A DNA stretch of 58,650 nt from Acidobacteriota bacterium. Lineage in GTDB: Bacteria > Acidobacteriota > Vicinamibacteria > Vicinamibacterales > JACQTH01. Below the pieces are notes generated by a model that did not search any database, was not told where the DNA came from, and worked only from the letters and a program-made list of their open reading frames with translations. Location of the stretch: contig JACOUA010000305.1 of the NCBI GenBank assembly GCA_016178075.1, positions 1 through 58,650 on the forward strand, written 5' to 3'. Positions 53,834-58,650 of the stretch are shown here, in pieces; position 1 is the first letter of the stretch; every line of letters starts with the position of its first letter. The position numbers were made by a program, and so were the translations under genes.

Positions 53834-56800
53834 ATGCTCATGAAGCGCATCTTTCTTTCCTTCCTTCTCGCCCTGGCATCGGCGACCCTTGCGCCCAACG
53901 CCCAACAGAAGCCGACCGCTCTGCGGCCGGCTTCTGCCCCGTTCACCGTGGTCGAAGCGTCCATCGTCGACATGCGGACGGCCATGGAACAGGGGCGCAC
54001 CACGTCGCGCGAGATCGTCCTTCAGTACCTCGCGCGGATCGCGATGCACGAGGACAAGCTCAACGCCGCCATCACCGTCAATCCGCGCGCCCTCGAGGTC
54101 GCCGAGGAACGCGACCGCGAGCGGGCGCAGGGCAAGATCCGCGGGCCGCTCCACGGCATTCCGATCGCGCTCAAGGACAACATCCATACGACCGACATGC
54201 CGACCACCGGCGGCGCGCTCGCCTTCGCCGGTCTGGTGCCGCCGTACGAAGCCACGTTGACGAAGAACTTGCGCGACGCTGGCGCCGTCATCATCGCCAA
54301 AACGGTCATGACCGAGCTGGCCAATTGGGTCGCCAGTGGGATGCCCGGCAACTACAGCGCGGTCGGCCGGTACGGGATGAATCCATATGATCCGCGGCGC
54401 GACCCACGTGAAGCCACGGCCGACGGCCGGCCTGCACTTGCGACGGGAGGATCGAGCTCCGGCATCGGCACCTCGGCGAATCTGTGGGCGGCCAACGTCG
54501 GCACCGAGACATCCGGATCGATCCTCAGCCCTTCGAACCAGAACATGCTGGTCGGCATTAAGCCCACTGTGGGCCGGATCAGCCGGTACGGCATCATTCC
54601 GATTACCGCCGATCAGGACACGGCGGGCCCGATGGCGAAGACCGTGACGGACGCCGCCATCCTGCTCGGCGCGCTCGAGGGTGCTGAGCCGGACGCGAAC
54701 GATCCGGCGACGAAGACCTGCGCTCCGCCGTCCGGGCGCGACTACACCCAATTCCTGAAGCCCGACGGGCTCAAGGGAGCGCGCATCGGGATTCCCCGCG
54801 CGAGCTACTACGACAAGACGACGCCGCCGGGCGCGAAGGAGCCTCGCGGCGGCCTCCCCGAGCCCCAGGCCAAGGTGATGGCCGACGCAATCGCCGCGCT
54901 CACAGCGCAGGGGGCCGTCATCGTCGATCCCGCCGACATTCCGAGCGTCGTCACGAAGGAGGCCAAGGACAACTTCCTTCTTTGGTCCACGTGCGGCGGC
55001 CTGGACAACGCGAAAGGCAAGGACGCCGACTGTTCCGTTGTGCTCAAGTACGGCATGAAGCGCGATTTCAACGAGTGGCTCAAATCGCTCGGGCCGGTGG
55101 CGCCGGTCAGGACGCTGACGGAGCTCCGTCAGTGGAACGTGGCGCACCAGAAGGCGGGCGCGATCAAGTACGGCCAGGCGCAGCTCGACGTCTCCGACGA
55201 AATGGACGTCGACGCCGATCGGGCGCGCCATCGCGCGGATCGGGAGAAAGACCTGCGGCTGAGCGCAACGAGCGGCATCGACGCGGTGATGAAAGAGCAC
55301 GCGCTCGATGCGCTCCTGTTCCCGGGCGCGGGCGGCGCCGCCATCGCCGCGAAACCCGGCTACCCGACCGTGATCGTGCCGTTTGGCTTCGTGCCGAACG
55401 CGCCGACCCCCCCGTTCCCGGATGGGTTCGCTGCGAACCCGGGGCCCCTGGGCGTGGCCTTCACCGGCACGGCGTGCAGCGAACCGCGGCTCATCGGCCT
55501 CGCCTATGCGTTCGAGCAGGCGACCAAGCGCCGGGTGCCCCCGTCGTCCGCGCCGCGGGAGCCTGCCGCGCCGCGGGCGGCTCACCCCGCCTTCAAGATC
55601 GTCGAGGCCACGATTCCCGAGATGCGGGCGGCCATGGAGCAAGGACGCCTCAGCTCGCGTGAACTCGTCCGGCAGTACCTGGCGCGCATCGCGATGTACG
55701 AGGACACGCTGAACGCCTCGATCGCGATCAATCTTCACTCACTCGAGATCGCCGACGAGCGTGACGGCGAGCGGGCGCAGGGAAAGATCCGGGGCCCGTT
55801 GCACGGCATCCCGATCGCGCTCAAGGACAACATCCACACGACCGACATGCCGACGACCGGTGGCGCGTTGGCCTTCGACGGCTATGTGCCTCCGTACGAA
55901 GCGACCCTCACCAAGAATCTGCGCGACGCGGGCGCCATCATCATCGCGAAGACCGGTTTGACCGAGCTGGCCAACTGGGTCGCCGGCGCACCTTCGCCGA
56001 TGCCTGGCAACTACAACGCCGTCGCCGGCTTCGGCTTCAACCCCTACGATCCGCGCCGCGATCCGCGCGAGGCCACGTTCGACGGCCGCCCCGCGCTCGC
56101 GACCGGCGGGTCGAGCTCTGGTGTCGGCACCGCCGCGAGCTTCTGGGCCGGCAACGTCGGGTCCGATACCGGCGGATCGATCATCAGCCCGTCGAATTCG
56201 AACATGTTGGTCGGGATCCGTCCGACCATCGGCCGCATCAGCCGCTACGGCGTCATCCCCATCAGCGCCGATCACGATACCGCCGGCCCGATGACGCGGA
56301 CCGTGGCGGATGCCGCCATCATGCTCGGCGTGCTCGAGAGCCCCGCGCCGGATCCCAAGGATCCGGCGACGAAAACCTGCGCGCCGCCGGCGGGACGTGA
56401 CTACACGAAGTTTCTGAACGCCAGCGGGCTCACGGGCGCGCGCATCGGCATCCCGCGCGCGTTCTACTACGACCGAATCACACTGCCAGGCGAGGAGAGA
56501 CCCCGTAGCGGCCTCAATGCCGAGCAGACGAAGCTGATGGCCGACGCCATCGGCATTCTCAAACAGCAGGGCGCGGTCATCGTCGATCCGGCCGACGTAC
56601 CGAGCTTCGTCGACAAGGACCCGAAGACCAACTTCCTGCTCTGGGACTACTGTTCGGGCGCGGATCAAGCCAAGGGGAAGGACGCGAGCTGCTCGGTGAA
56701 CTTCAAGTACGGGATGAAGCGCGACTTCAACACGTGGCTCGCCAGCCTGGGACCGTCGGCGCCCGTCAAGACCCTGACGGAACTTCGGACCTGGAACCTC

Positions 56801-57217
56801 GCGCACCAGAGAGCCGGCGCGATCAAGTACGCTCAGTCGAGGCTCGACATCTCCGACGAGATGGACCTCGAGGCGGATCGCCCGCGCTTCAACGCGGATC
56901 ACGAGAAGGACCTGCGCCTGAGCCGCGACCGAGGGATTGACGGCGTGCTGAAGGCACAGAAGCTCGATGCGATTCTGACCCCTGGCGGGAGCGGCGCGGG
57001 GCTCGCCGCGCGCGCGGGCTATCCGATCATCGTGGTTCCATTCGGCCTGACGCCGAATGCGCCGACGCCGCCGTTCCCCGACGGGTTCAACGCGAGGCCG
57101 GGACCGTTTGGCGTCGGCTTCACGGGCGCGGCGTGCAGCGAGCCACGGCTCATCGAGCTGGCGTACGCGTTCGAGCAGGCGACCAAGCGGCGCGTGCCGC
57201 CTTCGTCGGTACCGTAA
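53834..57217 (+). CDS. secreted tandem double amidase (two complete amidase-signature domains in one ORF)
   Basis: Signal peptide MKRIFLSFLLALASATLA. Two collinear ~540-aa units (about 53942..55555 and 55592..57214, period 1650 nt), each with the IALKDN Lys and GGSSSG. The nucleophile region is GTETSGSI in unit 1 and GSDTGGSI in unit 2. Confidence 0.85.
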   Translation: MLMKRIFLSFLLALASATLAPNAQQKPTALRPASAPFTVVEASIVDMRTAMEQGRTTSREIVLQYLARIAMHEDKLNAAITVNPRALEVAEERDRERAQGKIRGPLHGIPIALKDNIHTTDMPTTGGALAFAGLVPPYEATLTKNLRDAGAVIIAKTVMTELANWVASGMPGNYSAVGRYGMNPYDPRRDPREATADGRPALATGGSSSGIGTSANLWAANVGTETSGSILSPSNQNMLVGIKPTVGRISRYGIIPITADQDTAGPMAKTVTDAAILLGALEGAEPDANDPATKTCAPPSGRDYTQFLKPDGLKGARIGIPRASYYDKTTPPGAKEPRGGLPEPQAKVMADAIAALTAQGAVIVDPADIPSVVTKEAKDNFLLWSTCGGLDNAKGKDADCSVVLKYGMKRDFNEWLKSLGPVAPVRTLTELRQWNVAHQKAGAIKYGQAQLDVSDEMDVDADRARHRADREKDLRLSATSGIDAVMKEHALDALLFPGAGGAAIAAKPGYPTVIVPFGFVPNAPTPPFPDGFAANPGPLGVAFTGTACSEPRLIGLAYAFEQATKRRVPPSSAPREPAAPRAAHPAFKIVEATIPEMRAAMEQGRLSSRELVRQYLARIAMYEDTLNASIAINLHSLEIADERDGERAQGKIRGPLHGIPIALKDNIHTTDMPTTGGALAFDGYVPPYEATLTKNLRDAGAIIIAKTGLTELANWVAGAPSPMPGNYNAVAGFGFNPYDPRRDPREATFDGRPALATGGSSSGVGTAASFWAGNVGSDTGGSIISPSNSNMLVGIRPTIGRISRYGVIPISADHDTAGPMTRTVADAAIMLGVLESPAPDPKDPATKTCAPPAGRDYTKFLNASGLTGARIGIPRAFYYDRITLPGEERPRSGLNAEQTKLMADAIGILKQQGAVIVDPADVPSFVDKDPKTNFLLWDYCSGADQAKGKDASCSVNFKYGMKRDFNTWLASLGPSAPVKTLTELRTWNLAHQRAGAIKYAQSRLDISDEMDLEADRPRFNADHEKDLRLSRDRGIDGVLKAQKLDAILTPGGSGAGLAARAGYPIIVVPFGLTPNAPTPPFPDGFNARPGPFGVGFTGAACSEPRLIELAYAFEQATKRRVPPSSVP

Positions 57218-57224
57218 GAAGGCT

Positions 57225-57291
57225 CACCGCAGAGATCACAGAGCCCACAGAGAAGATTCCTTTCTCTGTGCTCTTTGTGGGCTCTGTGGTG
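57225..57291 (+). terminator. CACAGAG-type long hairpin 8 nt after the amidase stop (terminator candidate, same family as 19126..19187)
   Basis: CACCGCAGAGATCACAGAGCCCACAGAGAAG-attcc-TTTCTCTGTGCTCTTTGTGGGCTCTGTGGTG. No U-tract. Confidence 0.5.
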
Positions 57292-57337
57292 AATCCGCGA
57301 CACGGACCTCCGGTCGCAGCGTGATGTTCGTGGTGCC

Positions 57338-57367
57338 GGGCTTCAGCCGGGCCAGGGCTTCAGCCGG
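57338..57367 (+). promoter_or_regulatory. two exact 13-nt direct repeats GGGCTTCAGCCGG (17-nt period) upstream of the glycosylase gene
   Basis: gggcttcagccgg gcca gggcttcagccgg. The second copy ends 9 nt before ATG 57377. Each unit contains a short GGCT..AGCC palindrome. Function unknown. Confidence 0.4.
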
Positions 57368-57376
57368 ACCAAACAC

Positions 57377-58012
57377 ATGATGACCCCTGACGACTACACG
57401 CGCGCCCGGCGGATCCTGCTCCGCCGCGATCCCGTCCTCGCGTCGATCATTCGCGGCCGTGGCGCCTGCGGCCTCGCCGACCTGCCACCGCGCGATCCCT
57501 TCACGGCGCTGGTACGCGCGATCACCTACCAGCAGCTTTCGACCAGCGCCGCGACGACGATCTTCAATCGCCTGCTCGCGCGCGTCGCCAACGGATCGTC
57601 ACTCGCGCCGGAACACCTCGTCGCGCTCTCGGACACTGACCTGCGATCGGCGGGCTACAGCCGGCAGAAGATTGGCTACATGAGGGATCTCAGCGAGAGA
57701 GCCTCAGCCGGGACGATTCGGTTGCACGCGCTCCACGACATGACCGACGAAGACGTCATCACCGAGCTGACGCAGATCAAGGGGATCGGCCGCTGGTCGG
57801 CGGAGATGATCTTGATCTTCACGCTCAAACGGCCCGACGTGTTTCCGATCGCCGATTTCGGCATCCTCAAAGCGATTCGACTCGCGTATCGGCTCCGCAA
57901 GCCGCCGAGCGTCGTGCGTCTGCAGAGAATTGCCGAGCCCTGGCGCCCGTACCGATCGGTCGCGTGCTGGTACCTCTGGCGGAGCCTGGACAACGGCACG
58001 CCCGGCAAGTGA
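57377..58012 (+). CDS. DNA-3-methyladenine glycosylase II-like HhH-GPD protein (AlkA C-terminal type)
   Basis: 211 aa. ITYQQLSTSAATTIFNRL, helix-hairpin-helix IKGIGRWSAEMILIF, and catalytic Asp in PIADFG. Confidence 0.8.
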   Translation: MMTPDDYTRARRILLRRDPVLASIIRGRGACGLADLPPRDPFTALVRAITYQQLSTSAATTIFNRLLARVANGSSLAPEHLVALSDTDLRSAGYSRQKIGYMRDLSERASAGTIRLHALHDMTDEDVITELTQIKGIGRWSAEMILIFTLKRPDVFPIADFGILKAIRLAYRLRKPPSVVRLQRIAEPWRPYRSVACWYLWRSLDNGTPGK

Positions 58013-58019
58013 ACGAGAC

Positions 58020-58103
58020 ATGCTGACCCCAGGCACGAGACTCGGGCCCTACGAGATCCAATCGGCGCTCGGGGCAGGCCCCTCGACTCCGCCATGTCAC
58101 TGA
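58020..58103 (+). pseudogene. 27-codon ORF duplicating a Ser/Thr kinase N-terminus (remnant or uORF)
   Basis: MLTPGTRLGPYEIQSALGAG.. parallels MSLSPGSRLGPYEIQAPLGAGGMG of the kinase immediately downstream. Its TGA overlaps the kinase start region (ATGTCACTGA). Confidence 0.4.
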
Positions 58104-58650
58104 GTCCTGGCTCGAGACTCGGTCCTTACGAGATTCAAGCTCCTCTCGGGGCAGGCGGGATGGGCGAGGTCTACAAAGCCCGCGACACGCGCCTCGATCG
58201 GATCGTCGCCATCAAGGTCCTTTCTTCCTCGCTCGCGTCCGATCCGCAATTCCGCGAGCGCTTCGAGCGCGAGGCGCGGACGATCTCTCAGCTCAATCAT
58301 CCTCACATCTGCACGCTCTATGACGTTGGCGAAGCGCCCGACCCGGGACTGGCTCAGGTGACGGGTGCCGAGCTCCGACCCGAGCCGATTCGCTTCCTCG
58401 TCATGGAATATCTCGAAGGGGAAACGCTTGCGGCCGTCCTCGCACATGGCCCGTTGAAGGTCAGGGACGCGATCGAGTACGCGACCCAGATCGCAAGCGC
58501 CCTCGACGCCGCGCACCGCGCCGGCGTCGTGCACCGCGATCTGAAACCCGGCAACGTGATGTTGACCAGGAGCGGCACCACTCGACAAGGCTCGCCGCAG
58601 GCAAAGCTGCTCGACTTCGGCCTGGCCAAAGTGGGCGCCCCGGCGGTCTC
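58094..58650 (+). CDS. Ser/Thr protein kinase, 3' end beyond window (not in ORF track)
   Basis: My own translation gives GPYEIQAPLGAGGMGEVYKA (G-loop), VAIKVL (VAIK Lys), LVMEYLEG, VVHRDLKPGNVM (HRD), KLLDFGLAK (DFG). The frame is open to the window end. Confidence 0.85.
   Translation, partial: MSLSPGSRLGPYEIQAPLGAGGMGEVYKARDTRLDRIVAIKVLSSSLASDPQFRERFEREARTISQLNHPHICTLYDVGEAPDPGLAQVTGAELRPEPIRFLVMEYLEGETLAAVLAHGPLKVRDAIEYATQIASALDAAHRAGVVHRDLKPGNVMLTRSGTTRQGSPQAKLLDFGLAKVGAPAV

Noticed and set aside
53486-56902. 750-aa and 387-aa minus-strand ORFs (53486..55738 and 55739..56902) antisense to the amidase gene
   Set aside because: They are shadow ORFs of the double amidase. The two mirror each other only because the sense gene is duplicated. 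No motifs are present, and the first begins inside the tandem repeat units.
58097-58588. 163-aa minus-strand ORF at the window end
   Set aside because: It is antisense to a Ser/Thr kinase whose G-loop, VAIK, HRD and DFG motifs are all readable on the plus strand.

Overview
High-GC (about 65-70% by eye) chromosomal segment. The gene content points to Acidobacteriota or a related phylum (inference only): an Oar-like TonB-dependent receptor with a carboxypeptidase-regulatory N-terminus, two VPS10/BNR-type hydrolases, a TAXI-TRAP transporter and a type III glutamine synthetase. I support about 38 intact CDS. They include a TAT-exported molybdenum hydroxylase operon with its own cytochrome b, ettA, dinB, lhr, rsgA, glnN, kup, a PBP1A, several ABC transporters, a MazEF-type toxin-antitoxin pair, secreted peptidases, a tandemly duplicated double amidase, and a Ser/Thr kinase that runs off the 3' edge and is absent from the ORF track. 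I found no rRNA, tRNA, CRISPR array, transposase or integrase. The unusual content is non-coding. (1) A conserved leader element has a 27-nt invariant core and a 9-bp stem showing three compensatory base-pair changes. It lies in sense orientation 9-20 nt upstream of the start codons of four unrelated genes on both strands, and is triplicated upstream of the S9 peptidase. (2) Tandem heptamer arrays (GCTGARA, GAATCCC/GGGAYTC, CAGGGAY) and CACAGAG-type hairpins abut start codons. One array appears to lie inside the YceI signal-peptide coding region, and a second puts the expected stop codon of an ABC ATPase out of frame. (3) Four gene remnants (cyclophilin, nitroreductase, S9 peptidase 3' end, kinase 5' end) sit at junctions, two of them directly beside these repeats. 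All functional readings of the repeats are hypotheses that need genome-wide and transcriptomic checks. Many long ORFs in the track are antisense or alternative-frame shadows typical of high-GC DNA and were rejected.
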